Assembly: GCA_913044165.1 (NCBI GenBank)
Contig: CAJWMY010000003.1
Coordinates: 5,979-69,978, forward strand
Direction: 5' to 3'
Source: an uncultured Puniceicoccaceae bacterium
GTDB lineage: Bacteria > Verrucomicrobiota > Verrucomicrobiia > Opitutales > Coraliomargaritaceae
Length of the DNA stretch: 64,000 nucleotides
The position numbers were made by a program, and so were the translations under genes. The number at the start of each line of letters is the position of its first letter. The first letter of the stretch is position 1. A model generated the notes under the pieces. The model was given only the letters and a program-made list of their open reading frames with translations. It did no database searches and was not told the origin of the DNA. Shown here one piece after another: positions 40,139 through 52,189 of the stretch.

Positions 40139-41476
40139 ATGCGCAAAAAAATTATTAGTACTCGCAAATTCATAAAGCCATCATTTCGCTATCTAATTGA
40201 AAAAAAGCGTGACGGGGGAGAGTTTTCAGATGATGAGATACGTTATCTCGTTGACTCTATCTTGGATGAAGAAATACCTGATTATCAGCAATCAGCCTTA
40301 GCCATGGCTATATATTTTCAAAATATGTCGGCACAAGAAACTGCTGTATTTGCTGAGGAAATGATGCTTTCTGGGGAGATGATTGATTTAACTCACATAG
40401 CTAGACCTAAGATAGATAAATATTCAACTGGTGGAGTTGGAGATAAGTCTTCACTTGTACTAGCTCCTTTAGCTGCAGCAGCTGGAGTCGTTATGCCTAC
40501 AATGAATGGCTTGGATGAGGAATATGTTATACGTAATCTTGATAAACTTTCAGCAATTCCAAACTTTAATCCTGAATTAAGCATTAATGACTTTAAAGGT
40601 CAGCTGAAAAAAGTTGGCTGTGCTATTATTGAGCAAAATGAAGAAATAGCTCCTGTAGATTCTATGCTATATAAATTAAGGCAACAAACAGGTTCTATTC
40701 CTAGTATTCCCTTAATTACTGGAAGTGCATTAAGTCGAAAATTAGCAGAAGGGGCAGAAAGCTTAGTTGTAGATGTCAAATGGGGCAATGGGTCATTTAT
40801 CAGGGATATTGAACAAGCCCGACAATTAGCTCGTTTTATAACACGAGTTGTAAGATCAATGAAGAAACGTCGCTGTGTCGCACTTGTAACAGACATGAAT
40901 CAGCCTTTAGGGGACACAGTTGGAACTGCTCTTGAAATACAAGAAGCAATTGAATTGCTTAGTGGTCGAGGCCCTGAAGATTTACAAGAGTTGATTTTAA
41001 AATTAGGAATGGAGATAGTCCGTTTAGCCGGAGTAGCAGGTTCTACTTTGTCAGCTAAACAAACTGTGCAAAGGCATTTAAATGACGGATCAGCTTTGAA
41101 TAAGTTTAAAGAGATGGTTGCTGCTCAAGGAGGAGATATTTCTGTGATTGATAATCCAGATAAGTTCCCTAAGGCAAAATTTGTCCGTAAGCTTCCAGCT
41201 CCAAAGCGTGGCTATGTTCACACTATTAATGCCGGTATGATAGCTGAGGGGGTACAAAAATTAGCTATATTGCCAAATAAGAAATTAGATCCGGCCGTGG
41301 GGGTTTCTGAGATAAAAAAAGTTGGCACTCAAGTCAAACAAGGTGAGCCCTTAATGATGATTCATTATAATGATGAAACAAAGATGGAAGAAGCTCTAGA
41401 ATTTTTAAAATCTGCCTATCGCCTTGCTCCTAAGCGCCCGAATCCTCCAGAATTAATAGCAGAAAGGGTTGCTTAA
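40139..41476 (+). CDS. deoA: thymidine / pyrimidine-nucleoside phosphorylase
   Basis: 445 aa. 'IEKKRDGGEFSDDEI', 'DKYSTGGVGDKSSLVLAP' and a C-terminal alpha/beta domain. Confidence 0.9.
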   Translation: MRKKIISTRKFIKPSFRYLIEKKRDGGEFSDDEIRYLVDSILDEEIPDYQQSALAMAIYFQNMSAQETAVFAEEMMLSGEMIDLTHIARPKIDKYSTGGVGDKSSLVLAPLAAAAGVVMPTMNGLDEEYVIRNLDKLSAIPNFNPELSINDFKGQLKKVGCAIIEQNEEIAPVDSMLYKLRQQTGSIPSIPLITGSALSRKLAEGAESLVVDVKWGNGSFIRDIEQARQLARFITRVVRSMKKRRCVALVTDMNQPLGDTVGTALEIQEAIELLSGRGPEDLQELILKLGMEIVRLAGVAGSTLSAKQTVQRHLNDGSALNKFKEMVAAQGGDISVIDNPDKFPKAKFVRKLPAPKRGYVHTINAGMIAEGVQKLAILPNKKLDPAVGVSEIKKVGTQVKQGEPLMMIHYNDETKMEEALEFLKSAYRLAPKRPNPPELIAERVA

Positions 41477-41494
41477 TATCTTTTTAAAATCTAA

Positions 41495-42052
41495 TTAAGC
41501 TCGGCCCATATAACTAGAGTCTGATGTAGAAACCTTAATTATTTCGCCTTCCTTGATAAATAGTGGTACTTGAATTTTAAGTCCAGTTTCAAGTAAAGCA
41601 GGTTTTTGAACATTGCTAGCTGTATCACCTTTAATCCCTTCCGGAGATTCAATTACTTTTATCTCAACATACGCAGGCAAATCAATAGACAAGGGAGTAT
41701 TGTCCACAAAGAGAATACTATAAGATGAATTTTCAACCATGAAATCAATGGCATTACTTACCATATTTGAATTGAGGAGAGTATCATCAAAGGTTTCTGT
41801 ATCTATAAAATGATAACCTTCAGTATCTTTGTAGGAAAATTCTAATTTTCGATTATCAGTATGGAGAATTTGTACTGAGTCTGTCGTTCTAATTTTAGTG
41901 TTTGTGCTAGATCCTGTATTCAGATTGCGCATTGTGACCTGAATGAATCCTGCTTGCCGGCCCTGTGTGCGGTGCTGGAGATCTAATACTAAATGCGGGT
42001 TCCCTTGATATTTTATAACTTTGCCTTTTCTTAACTCTGTAGGGGATGCCAT
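41495..42052 (-). CDS. efp: elongation factor P (Arg32 type)
   Basis: 185 aa from the ATG at 42052 (MASPTELRKGKVIKYQGNPHLVLDLQHRTQGRQAGFIQV...). The loop tip carries Arg at position 32 instead of Lys. Confidence 0.92.
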   Translation of the reverse strand: MASPTELRKGKVIKYQGNPHLVLDLQHRTQGRQAGFIQVTMRNLNTGSSTNTKIRTTDSVQILHTDNRKLEFSYKDTEGYHFIDTETFDDTLLNSNMVSNAIDFMVENSSYSILFVDNTPLSIDLPAYVEIKVIESPEGIKGDTASNVQKPALLETGLKIQVPLFIKEGEIIKVSTSDSSYMGRA

Positions 42053-42185
42053 AATTTTAAAACAATAAAAAATATCTTTTGTCATCGAGTGCTAATACTG
42101 TCAACAATCGCTTTTGTTAAGTTAGGAATTAAAAAATAATTCTTTTCGTTGCAAGTTTATGAATCTACTTCTATTTCCTTTAAAT

Positions 42186-43772
42186 ATGAAAATTTTAGTT
42201 GCAGATCGTATTTCACCTGTAGGTGTAGATTTATTCAAAACAGAAGATGGATTTGAAGTAATTGAAGCTTACGGGTCCTCTCCAGAAGAAATCTTAAATT
42301 TAGTCAAAGATGTTGATGGTTTAGCGGTGCGGTCCGAAACGAAAGTGACGGCTGATGTGTTTGCCGCAGCAGAGAATTTAAAAGTGGTAGGTCGCGCCGG
42401 TGTGGGTGTTGATAATATAGACATTGATTCAGCTACAGACAATGGGGTTATTGTCATGAATACTCCAACTGGGAATACTATCGCTACAGCAGAATTAACT
42501 TTTAGTCATATTCTAGCAGGGACAAGACCTATTGTTCAAGCTTGCGCTCGAATGAAAGATGGTGGATGGGATCGTAAGAAATTCACAGGATCCGAATTGA
42601 ATCTAAAGACTCTTGGTATTCTAGGCATGGGACGGATTGGAGCAGAGGTTGCGAAAAGGGCTCGAGCATTTCAAATGCAAGTACTTGCATTTGATCCATA
42701 TTTGACTGAAGCTCGTGCTAAAGACTTGGGAGTTACTTTAGCTAGTTTAGATAATTTAATAGGATCTGCAGATTATATTACGGTTCATATGCCCTTAACA
42801 ACTGAAACCAAACATATGATAAACGCTGAAACGATTCAAAAAATGAAGCGAGGAGTACGTATTTTCAATTGCGCGCGTGGAGGTATTATTGATGAATCTG
42901 CATTAATTGATGCTCTCAATTCAGGACATATAGCAGCTGCTGGTTTGGATGTATATGAAGACGAACCACCAACAAAAGATAGTTCCTTAAGAGCAATTCC
43001 AAATTTAGTACTAACACCTCATTTAGGTGCATCTACTCAGGAAGCTCAAGAAAATGTAGGTATTGATGTAGCCCGGCAAATGATTGAGGCTTTAAAAGGT
43101 GGAATGGTTATAAATGCTTTGAATATGCCTTCTGTTGATCCTCAGATCTTACAAAGACTCTCACCTTACATTGATTTAGCTAAAAAATTAGGCACATTTT
43201 TGCAACAGCTAGGTCCTGAGGGAATCGAAAAGGTTATTACCCGTTATTATGGAAAGATAAAGGATCTAGATACTTCTCCCTTAACAAATGCCATTCAACA
43301 AGGATTTTTAAGAGAAATTTCTGATAACGTTAATACAGTAAATGCGCCAAAAAAGATCAGCAGCCTAGGTATCGAAACAGAGGAAGTTAAGCTAGAAACC
43401 CATGAAAACTTTAATGAATTAATAGAAGTTATTGCCATTAATAAAGATGGGAAAGAGCGTAGTATAAGCGGTTCTCTATTTGGTAAACAACAATTACCTA
43501 GAGTAGTTTCAATTGATGGGCATGGTGTAGAAGTAAATTCAGATGCAATATTGATTGTACTAAAGAATAAAGACGTTCCGGGTATTGTAGGTTTTGTTGG
43601 CCAAGTTCTAGGTGAGTCTAATGTAAATATTGCCAATATGTCCTTAAGTCGCGATAAAGGCGAAGGCTTTGCTGTAAGTGTTTTTGAACTTGATAGTATC
43701 CCGCCAAAAGAGGCGACGCAGCGTATTGAACAACATGAAGCAATTGAGAAGTATCGGGTCATTACTTTATGA
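42186..43772 (+). CDS. serA: D-3-phosphoglycerate dehydrogenase (long form with ASB and ACT domains)
   Basis: 'MKILVADRI', NAD motif '[14 protein letters not shown]', 'TPHLGAST' and a C-terminal ACT domain. The ATG at 42186 is preferred over the track start at 42159. Confidence 0.93.
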   Translation: MKILVADRISPVGVDLFKTEDGFEVIEAYGSSPEEILNLVKDVDGLAVRSETKVTADVFAAAENLKVVGRAGVGVDNIDIDSATDNGVIVMNTPTGNTIATAELTFSHILAGTRPIVQACARMKDGGWDRKKFTGSELNLKTLGILGMGRIGAEVAKRARAFQMQVLAFDPYLTEARAKDLGVTLASLDNLIGSADYITVHMPLTTETKHMINAETIQKMKRGVRIFNCARGGIIDESALIDALNSGHIAAAGLDVYEDEPPTKDSSLRAIPNLVLTPHLGASTQEAQENVGIDVARQMIEALKGGMVINALNMPSVDPQILQRLSPYIDLAKKLGTFLQQLGPEGIEKVITRYYGKIKDLDTSPLTNAIQQGFLREISDNVNTVNAPKKISSLGIETEEVKLETHENFNELIEVIAINKDGKERSISGSLFGKQQLPRVVSIDGHGVEVNSDAILIVLKNKDVPGIVGFVGQVLGESNVNIANMSLSRDKGEGFAVSVFELDSIPPKEATQRIEQHEAIEKYRVITL

Positions 43773-43801
43773 TTTAAATAACGCTTAAATTTAAAATAAC
43801 T

Positions 43802-44410
43802 TTGGTATATCTATCCATATTATTTATTGCCTATATAATCGGGTCTATCAATTTTGCTATTTGTTTGGCTAAGAGCAGAGGTGTAGATCTTTTTACTTCG
43901 GGTAGTGGGAATCCCGGGGCAACCAATGTAAAGCGAACGATGGGAGATTTTTGGGGAAATACCGTTTTTATTTTAGATTTTTTAAAGGGTTATGTAGTAA
44001 TTTTAATAGCTCAAGAATTGAGTAATTTATATCAATCTGATTTAGATTGGCTTTTTGTAATAGCTCTTATTGGAGTTATTTTAGGGCACAATTTTTCTTT
44101 ATTTTTGAAATTTAGAGGCGGTAAGGGTGTAGCTACAACAATGGGAGGAATGGCCGGATTCATGTTCCCTGTCTTAGCTGTAGGCCTTATTATTTGGTTA
44201 GTTACTTTTTTTATGACTCGATTCGTTGCTCTAGCTTCTATTTTCTTCGCTTTAAGTTTACCGGTAAGTGCTTATTTTTTTTATGCTGAAGGTTCTTGGA
44301 TTCTTCGAGTTATAGTTAGCATAATTATAGCGATTTTGATTGTAGTAAGGCATTTTAGTAATATCAAGCGTCTGTTAAGAGGCGAGGAACATTGTTTTTA
44401 TAAGAAGTGA
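43802..44410 (+). CDS. plsY: glycerol-3-phosphate acyltransferase PlsY
   Basis: 202 aa with a TTG start. 'GSGNPGATNV' and 'FKGGKGVAT'-like 'FRGGKGVAT'. Confidence 0.9.
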   Translation: MVYLSILFIAYIIGSINFAICLAKSRGVDLFTSGSGNPGATNVKRTMGDFWGNTVFILDFLKGYVVILIAQELSNLYQSDLDWLFVIALIGVILGHNFSLFLKFRGGKGVATTMGGMAGFMFPVLAVGLIIWLVTFFMTRFVALASIFFALSLPVSAYFFYAEGSWILRVIVSIIIAILIVVRHFSNIKRLLRGEEHCFYKK

Positions 44411-44483
44411 GTTTTAGTCAAATCTTGACTTTTAGTTTGGGAATGGTTTCTATGAAGTCTTTAAAACTTCTAACCTTTTTATG

Positions 44484-44510
44484 AAGCGGGCTTAGCCTCG
44501 CTTTTTTTAT
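44484..44510 (+). terminator. intrinsic terminator between plsY and nusA
   Basis: AAGCGGGC / GCCTCGCTT imperfect stem with a short loop, followed by T7 (44502-44508). Confidence 0.55.
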
Positions 44511-44531
44511 TTTTTACAGTCTAATATAAGT

Positions 44532-45782
44532 ATGAGTCACGAAATATTATCAGTTCTCGAATACATGGAAAAAGAAAAAGGTATTTCCCGCGATGCCATG
44601 ATCCAAGCCATTGCTTCTGCAATTGCCTCAGCTGCCCAAAAAAGCATTAATACTACCAATGAAATTCGAGTAGAAATTAATCCTAAGTCAGGAGCACTTA
44701 AGGCATGGAATCAATTAGAAGTTGTTGATTCAGTAGGGGATCCTAAAAGAGAAATTCATATAGATAAAGCTAGGGAAATAAATAGCGACGCAATTGTTAA
44801 TGGCATAGTAGAAACAGAGTTAGATCCAGCATTCTTAGGACGTATAGCTGCACAAGCAGCCCGCCAAGCTATTTTACAAAGAATTCGTCAATTTGAAAAA
44901 GATCGTATTTTTGATGACTTTAAGGACTCAGTTGGAGATATTGTTACTGGGTCTGTTCGTCGTCGAGAAAGAGGCGACCTATTGATTGATCTAGGTAAAG
45001 CAGAGGCGATTTTGCCTGCAAGGGAAAGAATTATGGGAGAAGACTATGCGCCAGGCGAAAGTATCCGCTGTCTTTTATTGAAGATAGAGCAAAGTAATCG
45101 AGGGCCTGAGATTATTTTATCTCGCTCAAATATTAACTTTGTTAGACGATTATTTGAAGTCGAGGTCACTGAAATTTCCGATGGAACAGTCAAAATTGAA
45201 GCAATGGCTCGCGAAGCCGGATATCGTACAAAAATTGCGGTAAATAGTATGGATCCAAAGGTTGATCCAGTAGGTGCATGCGTTGGTTCTAGAGGGGCCC
45301 GGGTTAAAACGATTGTTAGAGAGCTTGGCGGCGAAAAAATTGATATCATTCGTTATGATAAAGATCCCATAGTGCTTTTAGAAGAAGCCTTAAAGCCTGC
45401 GGTTCCTAAGGATATTCAATTAAATGAATTAGAGCGTAGAATTCACTTTAATGTTATAGAAGACGATCTTTCTATAGCTATTGGCCGTAAGGGGTTTAAC
45501 GCAAAACTTACTTCCCGATTACTTGGATGGAAATTAGATATTGGTAAGAAAGAAACAGAGGCAGTGGGCTTTAGTCAAAAAGTTGCTAAGGCGGTCGAAG
45601 GGATTAATTTAATACCTGGAATCGATCCGGAAATTGCCGAAAGGCTTGTAGCCATAGGACTTGTTAGCCCAGATGCTTTTGAGGGTGTTTCCAATGCTGA
45701 CTTAGTTGATGCTGGTTTTTCTGAAGATGAGTCGGCATCTGTTTTAGGGAAAGTAGAGGATTATTTTAAAAGCAATAATTAA
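44532..45782 (+). CDS. nusA: transcription termination/antitermination factor NusA
   Basis: 416 aa. N-terminal domain, S1 domain, and two KH domains ('[19 protein letters not shown]', '[12 protein letters not shown]'). Confidence 0.95.
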   Translation: MSHEILSVLEYMEKEKGISRDAMIQAIASAIASAAQKSINTTNEIRVEINPKSGALKAWNQLEVVDSVGDPKREIHIDKAREINSDAIVNGIVETELDPAFLGRIAAQAARQAILQRIRQFEKDRIFDDFKDSVGDIVTGSVRRRERGDLLIDLGKAEAILPARERIMGEDYAPGESIRCLLLKIEQSNRGPEIILSRSNINFVRRLFEVEVTEISDGTVKIEAMAREAGYRTKIAVNSMDPKVDPVGACVGSRGARVKTIVRELGGEKIDIIRYDKDPIVLLEEALKPAVPKDIQLNELERRIHFNVIEDDLSIAIGRKGFNAKLTSRLLGWKLDIGKKETEAVGFSQKVAKAVEGINLIPGIDPEIAERLVAIGLVSPDAFEGVSNADLVDAGFSEDESASVLGKVEDYFKSNN

Positions 45783-45812
45783 ATTAGATTAAGCATTTTA
45801 CTATAATAAATA

Positions 45813-48101
45813 ATGAGCGTACGAATTCACCAACTTTCAAAGCAAATCGGAATGGAGAATAAAGATTTGATAGATTTGTTGCGTAATCGTGGCTATGAAG
45901 TTAAAAGTGCATCAAGTACAATTGATAACATTTCAGCAGAATCTATTGCTGAAGAGTTCGATAAAAATATAAAAGCTGAAACTTCTAGTAATACAGAGCT
46001 GTTAAATGAGGAAGCTAAATCTAAAAAGTCTGTCAAAGAGGATTCTTCCCCCATTATGCCAAATGGGGTTATTGTTAAATCTTCAAATGACATAAAGAAA
46101 GAGCGAGAACTAAAAGAGAAGAAGCCGATTAATCTAGATATTATAAAGCCAAAATCCGAAACTAAAATTCCTGACCCAGTTAAGTTTCCGGGCAGTCCCT
46201 CCATCCCCCCAATTACTAAAACAGAAGTTTCTAGGGATTTAAGTAATAAACTAGACGCTAATAATGGATCTAAAGTTGTGGGCTTAGATGAATCCTTATC
46301 CAGTTCAAAGGTTATTCATGCTAAACCTCCTATAGTTGTTAGAGATTTTGCGTTACAACTTGGGCTTAAGCCATTTAAGCTTATTTCAGAATTAATGGAG
46401 ATGGGTATTTTTGCATCAATGAATCAAACAATTGAAGAATCAATTGCAATTGATTTGGCAAAACGCCATGGATTTTCTTTGGAAATTCATCACAGAGGTG
46501 AGGCTAGTGTCGATAAACCAGTTAAAATTGAAAAGCCCAAGTTGGATGAAGATGATCCTAAATTACTTAAGCCAAGAGCCCCAGTTTGCTGCATTCTTGG
46601 ACATGTAGATCATGGCAAAACGACACTTTTAGACGCAATAAGAAAAACTAACTTAGTTGAATCTGAAGCAGGAGGAATTACGCAACATATTGGAGCTTAT
46701 CAAATAAGGCATAATCAGAATACAATTACCTTTGTTGATACACCTGGCCATGCTGCTTTTTCTAAAATGCGTTCTCGGGGCACAAATGTTACGGATATTG
46801 CAATATTAGTAATTGCGGCAGATGATGGATTTAAGCCTCAAACAGAGGAGGTACTTAAGTTAGCAAAAGCCGCTAATAATTCGATTATTGTCGCTATTAA
46901 TAAAATTGATGCAAAGGGGGCTAATGTAGATAAAGTTAAGCAAGAAATGCAGGAAAAGGGGATAGCTCCAGAAGATTGGGGAGGCGAGACAGTTTGTGTA
47001 GAAGTCTCTGCGCTTAATGATACTAATATTAATGATCTTTTAGATATGGTTTTATTGCAAGCAGAGATGTTGGAGTTAAAATCAAATCCTTCGGCAAATA
47101 CTGCAGGAACAATTATTGAAGCTCAAATTGAACAAGGAAGAGGAGCTGTAGCTTCTGTTATTGTTGAAAAAGGAACTTTGAAAAGAGGCGATACACTTAT
47201 TTCTGGGGAAAGTTTTTGTCGAGTTAAATCTATGATGGACACCCAAGGTAATACTATTAACGAAGCAGGGCCTTCAACAGCAGTGAAGATTTTAGGATGG
47301 TCTGAAGTCCCATATTCAGGTTCACCCTTTTCTAAAGAAAAGGATGAAAGAACTGCGAAGCGTTTTACTGAATCTCTCAAATCTAAAAGAAAGCTTAATG
47401 AATCAAAACAAGATTTAGAAGAGAAGGCAAATGAGGGGGGTGCATCAGTTGCTGATTTATTTGCTGCAATTGAAAATCAACAAAAGAAATGCTTAAAATT
47501 AGTGGTTAAGTCCGATGTTTTTGGGTCGCTTGAAGCTTTAGTTGAAGGCCTTAAGTTGATTGATAGTGATAAAGTTGATATAGATATAATTAGTCAAGGT
47601 GTTGGTAATGTTAGCAAGAGTGATGTTATTCTCGCGAGTACGGGAGGGGCATCTATTATTGGTTTTAATGTACGTCTAGATAATGGGGTCCAGAGCCTAG
47701 CTAAACACGATGATATTCAAATAATTCAAAATTCAATAATCTATGAATTATTAGATCAGGCAGAAGAGTTAATGGTCAGTATGCTTGAGGCTGAATTAGT
47801 AGAAAAGAAATCAGGTTCTGCAGAAGTGCGTCAGGTATTTGCTATTTCGAAAGGTCGATATGTTGCAGGTAGTATGGTTACTGAAGGAGTAATTCATCGT
47901 TCTGGAAAAGCTAAGTTAGTTCGTAAAGGGAAAGTTGTTTTAGAGGGACCTATTGAAACATTACGTCGTTTTAAAGATGATGTTAAAGAGGTTCGAGCAG
48001 GCTACGAGTGCGGAATTAATATTAAAGGCGGGAATCAATATGAAGAGGGAGACATATTAGAGTGCTTCCAAATAGAAAAGAAAAAACCTAAGCTATTTTA
48101 A
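45813..48101 (+). CDS. infB: translation initiation factor IF-2
   Basis: 762 aa. G domain '[12 protein letters not shown]', 'DTPGHAAF' and 'NKID'. Conserved C-terminal domains. Confidence 0.97.
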   Translation: MSVRIHQLSKQIGMENKDLIDLLRNRGYEVKSASSTIDNISAESIAEEFDKNIKAETSSNTELLNEEAKSKKSVKEDSSPIMPNGVIVKSSNDIKKERELKEKKPINLDIIKPKSETKIPDPVKFPGSPSIPPITKTEVSRDLSNKLDANNGSKVVGLDESLSSSKVIHAKPPIVVRDFALQLGLKPFKLISELMEMGIFASMNQTIEESIAIDLAKRHGFSLEIHHRGEASVDKPVKIEKPKLDEDDPKLLKPRAPVCCILGHVDHGKTTLLDAIRKTNLVESEAGGITQHIGAYQIRHNQNTITFVDTPGHAAFSKMRSRGTNVTDIAILVIAADDGFKPQTEEVLKLAKAANNSIIVAINKIDAKGANVDKVKQEMQEKGIAPEDWGGETVCVEVSALNDTNINDLLDMVLLQAEMLELKSNPSANTAGTIIEAQIEQGRGAVASVIVEKGTLKRGDTLISGESFCRVKSMMDTQGNTINEAGPSTAVKILGWSEVPYSGSPFSKEKDERTAKRFTESLKSKRKLNESKQDLEEKANEGGASVADLFAAIENQQKKCLKLVVKSDVFGSLEALVEGLKLIDSDKVDIDIISQGVGNVSKSDVILASTGGASIIGFNVRLDNGVQSLAKHDDIQIIQNSIIYELLDQAEELMVSMLEAELVEKKSGSAEVRQVFAISKGRYVAGSMVTEGVIHRSGKAKLVRKGKVVLEGPIETLRRFKDDVKEVRAGYECGINIKGGNQYEEGDILECFQIEKKKPKLF

Positions 48102-48151
48102 TCGATACAAAGCGTAAATATAGATTTCTTACAGATATTTTAGTTTAATTT

Positions 48152-48493
48152 ATGTCACAAAGAATCGAGAGAGTAAACCAGCTAATCCAAAGGGAGGTGA
48201 GCCACCAATTGCGCCAAAGGTATCAGAAAAAAGCATTAAAGATTACAATAAGTTCTGTAGATACTTCTACTGATTTAAGAAATGCCCGTATTTATTTCAG
48301 TGTTTTAGGCAATTCTACAGATATTAAAGAGGCAAAAACTTTTTTTTACGAAATTGGTAGGAAGATTCAAAGGAATGTTAGTAATAATATCATTCTTAAG
48401 TATTTTCCAAAGTTTGAATTTATTTACGATGAATCACTTAAGAGAGGAGCATCTTTGATTGAATTAATAGATGAGATTGTAGAAGAATCATAG
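48152..48493 (+). CDS. rbfA: ribosome-binding factor A
   Basis: 113 aa. '[14 protein letters not shown]' and '[10 protein letters not shown]'. Lies immediately after infB. Confidence 0.9.
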   Translation: MSQRIERVNQLIQREVSHQLRQRYQKKALKITISSVDTSTDLRNARIYFSVLGNSTDIKEAKTFFYEIGRKIQRNVSNNIILKYFPKFEFIYDESLKRGASLIELIDEIVEES

Positions 48494-48495
48494 TT

Positions 48496-49500
48496 ATGGA
48501 GATATTATATAAGGAAGAGAGTAAGCGCTTTGAGAAGGTGCTTAAAATGTTAAAAGAAAAAAGCAAAAAAGTTTCGGTCATTGGTCATGTTAGGCCCGAT
48601 GGAGATTGCATTGGGTCAACTGTAGCCACTGTTAGGATTTTGCGTAGTTTGGGCTTTGATGCAGTCGGAATTAATAATGACAAAATTCCGGAGAATCTAA
48701 AATTTCTTATTGGTGACACGCCTTTTTATTTAGCTTCAGAATTTAATAAGGAGGAACACCTCTGTATAACAGTAGATTCTGCTGATTACAAACGAGTTGG
48801 TGCTTTAATGAATGACACTTTTCCTAAAGTCTATCTCAATATAGATCATCATATCTCAAATAAGGCATATGCGAATAATAATATAGTAATTGGTAATGCC
48901 TCAGCCACAGCAGAAATACTTGCGGGGATGGCTTTAGATTTAGGATATAGTATAGATCCTATTACAGCACAGGCCTTATATGTTGGGATTGCTACCGATA
49001 CTGGACAGTTTCGTTTCCCATCCACAACTAAAAATACATTTAAAATAGTTGAGGCACTGATCAATTTAGGCGCAGAACCTTCGGAAGCGGCAAATGCTTT
49101 ATATGAAAATGAAAGTTTTGCTCGCATTAAGTTGATCCAACTATTTTTAGCCACTTTGGAAATGCATTTTGATGGTAAAATATGTTGTGGATATTTATCG
49201 GATTCAATTTACTATTCTGCTAATGCAACAATGGATGATGCCGATGGATTAGTTGATTATCCTAGATCTATAAAAGGTGTAGAAATTGCAGTTCTACTAG
49301 AAGAGCGTAATGGGTCAATTAAGGGAAGTTTGCGTGCCAAAGATCCTAAATTTAGGGTAGACCAGATTGCTCAAGTATTTGGTGGAGGAGGGCATGCTTG
49401 CGCGGCTGGATTGAATGTTGCAGACTCAAATATTGAATCATTTAAACCTTTACTGCTTTCCAAAATTAAAGAGCAACTGGGTGCCTTGGGTTTGGCATAA
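48496..49500 (+). CDS. nrnA: DHH/DHHA1 phosphoesterase (NrnA-like oligoribonuclease / pAp phosphatase)
   Basis: 334 aa. '[12 protein letters not shown]', 'NIDHH', '[11 protein letters not shown]' and '[10 protein letters not shown]'. Confidence 0.8.
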   Translation: MEILYKEESKRFEKVLKMLKEKSKKVSVIGHVRPDGDCIGSTVATVRILRSLGFDAVGINNDKIPENLKFLIGDTPFYLASEFNKEEHLCITVDSADYKRVGALMNDTFPKVYLNIDHHISNKAYANNNIVIGNASATAEILAGMALDLGYSIDPITAQALYVGIATDTGQFRFPSTTKNTFKIVEALINLGAEPSEAANALYENESFARIKLIQLFLATLEMHFDGKICCGYLSDSIYYSANATMDDADGLVDYPRSIKGVEIAVLLEERNGSIKGSLRAKDPKFRVDQIAQVFGGGGHACAAGLNVADSNIESFKPLLLSKIKEQLGALGLA

Positions 49501-49525
49501 CTAAACTTTTAAATTTTTAGGTGCT

Positions 49526-50242
49526 ATGTCTGATGATTTAGAAGGAATTTTACTACTCGATAAGCCTCAGGGGTATACGTCACACGATGTTGTATCTTGT
49601 TGTCGAAAAATATTCCAAATGAAAAAAGTTGGGCATGCAGGTACCCTTGATCCAATGGCAACGGGTTTACTTGTTATATTAATCGGGAAAGCAACGAAAG
49701 CTTCTCAGTATTTAATGAGCCTAGATAAGCAATATACAGGAACGATTTATTTAGGAAAAGAAACAGATTCCCAAGATGCAGATGGGGCTTTATTGAGAGA
49801 ACTTCCAGTCCCTGATTTAAGCGAAGAAGAATTAAAATCTTCCATGTCAAAATTTATTGGTGATCAATATCAAACACCACCTATGTTCTCTGCTAAGAAG
49901 GTACAAGGTAAGAAATTATACGAATTAGCAAGAGCTGGTAAAACTATTGAAAGAGAACCAAGAGTAATTCGCATATCCCGTTTTGATCTTATTAATTACA
50001 CAAGTCCTAAGTTAGACTTTATAGTGGATTCTAGCAAAGGAGCCTATGTCCGAACGATAGCACATGATCTTGGAGCTAAGCTAGGATGTGGTGCCCACCT
50101 ATCTGCCTTGAGGCGGACTAGGGTCGGCACATTTTTAATTGACCAGTCCTATACTTTAGAAAATCTAGGAAGGTCCAATAAGTCTAATTTGAAAGCTAAT
50201 TTGCTACAGACAAAAGCTTATATTCCAAGTCATGCTTTGTGA
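49526..50242 (+). CDS. truB: tRNA pseudouridine(55) synthase
   Basis: 238 aa. '[16 protein letters not shown]' contains the catalytic Asp motif. Confidence 0.93.
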   Translation: MSDDLEGILLLDKPQGYTSHDVVSCCRKIFQMKKVGHAGTLDPMATGLLVILIGKATKASQYLMSLDKQYTGTIYLGKETDSQDADGALLRELPVPDLSEEELKSSMSKFIGDQYQTPPMFSAKKVQGKKLYELARAGKTIEREPRVIRISRFDLINYTSPKLDFIVDSSKGAYVRTIAHDLGAKLGCGAHLSALRRTRVGTFLIDQSYTLENLGRSNKSNLKANLLQTKAYIPSHAL

Positions 50243-50285
50243 ATTATGGATTTTACAAATGTAGCTTATTAATTAGTTTTAAAGC

Positions 50286-51260
50286 ATGAATTCCCCCACT
50301 CAAATAATAGATTTTAGACCTTTGAAATCTATCAAAAATTCAGTACATTTAGCAATAGGGGTATTTGATGGAGTTCATTTAGGCCATGTGGCAGTAATTC
50401 AGCGTTCAATATCTACCGCTAGGCCTGATGACGGATTGAGTGTGGTTTTAACTTTCAATCCTCATCCAAGCAGATTATTTAAAGGTGATTTAGGAACAGA
50501 TTTAATTATGCCTCTTGAACAAAAGTCAAAAGCTTTAGGCTACTTAGGAGTAGATTATCTTATTGCTAAGACTTTTGATTCAGATTTTTCAAAAATTTCT
50601 TCGACTGACTTTTTAAGTTATTTAGTTAAAGAAATACCATCGCTCAAGAGTATTTCCATTGGAGAGAATTTTCGTTTTGGATTTGAGCGTAAGGGAACAG
50701 TCGAAACATTAATAAGATCAGGATCGAAACTAGGTATTGATGTTTGGAGTATTGATAGAATTAAGCATAATGGACTCCCTATAAGTAGTACTCGTATTAG
50801 AGAGTATTTATGTTTAGGGAAGATTAAGAAAGTTAATGCCTTACTAGGCTATAATTATTACTCAGAAGGTACCATTAAGAATGGGAATAAGTTAGGAACG
50901 AAAATTGGATTTCCTACAATGAATTTTCATTGGTCGCCAGAATGTAAACCCCTTTTTGGAGTTTATGTTGTTCGATTTCGGATATCAGACATTAAAACTT
51001 TTTCTCTAGATAATTGGACTAAAGGTATTGCCAATTATGGACTTTGTCCAACAGTCAAGACAAACGGAAATTTCAAAAATTCAGAGCCTACATTTGAGGT
51101 CCATGCTTTAGAAGAATTTAATATAATAGATAAGAATTCTAAAATTACTATTGAGTGGCTTCAATTTATAAGAAAAGAAAAAAAATTTGAAAATATCGAT
51201 GTATTGAAAACTCAGATTTCTAAAGACTGCATGGAGGCTAAAAAATTTTTCGCATCATGA
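50286..51260 (+). CDS. ribF: bifunctional riboflavin kinase / FAD synthetase
   Basis: 324 aa. 'GVFDGVHLGH' (FAD synthetase part) and 'LGFPTMN'-type 'IGFPTMN' (riboflavin kinase part). Confidence 0.9.
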   Translation: MNSPTQIIDFRPLKSIKNSVHLAIGVFDGVHLGHVAVIQRSISTARPDDGLSVVLTFNPHPSRLFKGDLGTDLIMPLEQKSKALGYLGVDYLIAKTFDSDFSKISSTDFLSYLVKEIPSLKSISIGENFRFGFERKGTVETLIRSGSKLGIDVWSIDRIKHNGLPISSTRIREYLCLGKIKKVNALLGYNYYSEGTIKNGNKLGTKIGFPTMNFHWSPECKPLFGVYVVRFRISDIKTFSLDNWTKGIANYGLCPTVKTNGNFKNSEPTFEVHALEEFNIIDKNSKITIEWLQFIRKEKKFENIDVLKTQISKDCMEAKKFFAS

Positions 51261-52189
51261 ATGAGAGAGTTATTGAGTTTCAAGTTCCAGCTGAAATAGA
51301 TGAAAATCGTGCCGATAAATTATTTGCTTCAGCTTTTAAGGATATAAGCCGTGCGCGACTTCAAAAGGCATTTGATTTGGGTCGTGTTACTTTCAATGGA
51401 GAGGTAATTGACAAGCGTTTTAAGATTCGAAATATCGGCTGTTTAAAAGCTATTCTAGAAGAAGCATCAGTGAAGGAAATTCCAAAAGGTAATAATCTTC
51501 CATTACAAGTAGTTTATGAAGATGATTCGATAATAGTTATAAATAAATCTTCTGGGATGATTACGCATCCTGGCAATGGGACTGGGGATGATACCTTAGT
51601 ACATGCATTACTTTATCATTGTGATGGGGCCTTGAGTTCAGTTGGCTTACCGAATCGACCAGGTATTGTTCATCGTTTAGACAAGGAGACCAGTGGTTTA
51701 ATCGTAGTTGCTAAAACGGATTTAGCTCATCATGCCTTGGCTAGAGCTTTCAGTGAAAGAAATGTCAAGAAACGATATTTAGCTCTATTATCAGGGGTTC
51801 CTAAGCTACATTCCGGAGTTTGCTTTGATCGAATAGGAAGACATCCTGTTTATCGCACAAAGATGTCGGTGCAATCAAAAGGCAGAGAAGCCCATACGGA
51901 ATGGGAAATCTTAGAAAAATTTTCAGATAAAGCCTCCTTAGTGCAGTGTAAAATCCATACTGGAAGGACCCATCAGATTCGCGTGCATATGCAAAATCTA
52001 GGCTTTCCTTTAATAGGAGATTCATTGTACGGGTTCAAAAAGAACCGCTATAAGAAATTTATAATTGAGCGAATATTCCTTCATTCTTCTTATTTAGAAT
52101 TTGAGCATCCTACAACATCTAAAAGTATGGAATTTTCATCCGAAATTCCTAAAGAATTTGATGAGCTTATAAATAATTTCAGATGTTAA
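51257..52189 (+). CDS. rluD: RluA-family 23S rRNA pseudouridine synthase (RluD-like)
   Basis: 310 aa. N-terminal S4-like domain. 'HRLDKETSGLIVVAK' and 'HTGRTHQIRVH'. A 4-nt ATGA overlap joins it to ribF. Confidence 0.85.
   Translation: MNERVIEFQVPAEIDENRADKLFASAFKDISRARLQKAFDLGRVTFNGEVIDKRFKIRNIGCLKAILEEASVKEIPKGNNLPLQVVYEDDSIIVINKSSGMITHPGNGTGDDTLVHALLYHCDGALSSVGLPNRPGIVHRLDKETSGLIVVAKTDLAHHALARAFSERNVKKRYLALLSGVPKLHSGVCFDRIGRHPVYRTKMSVQSKGREAHTEWEILEKFSDKASLVQCKIHTGRTHQIRVHMQNLGFPLIGDSLYGFKKNRYKKFIIERIFLHSSYLEFEHPTTSKSMEFSSEIPKEFDELINNFRC

Noticed and set aside
44411-44531. Expected rimP (and a tRNA-Met) upstream of nusA, as in many nusA-infB operons.
   Set aside because: The 121-bp gap contains only two hairpins/terminators and no ORF or tRNA-like sequence. 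Absence of rimP here is noted but not treated as a finding, because it may simply be encoded elsewhere.
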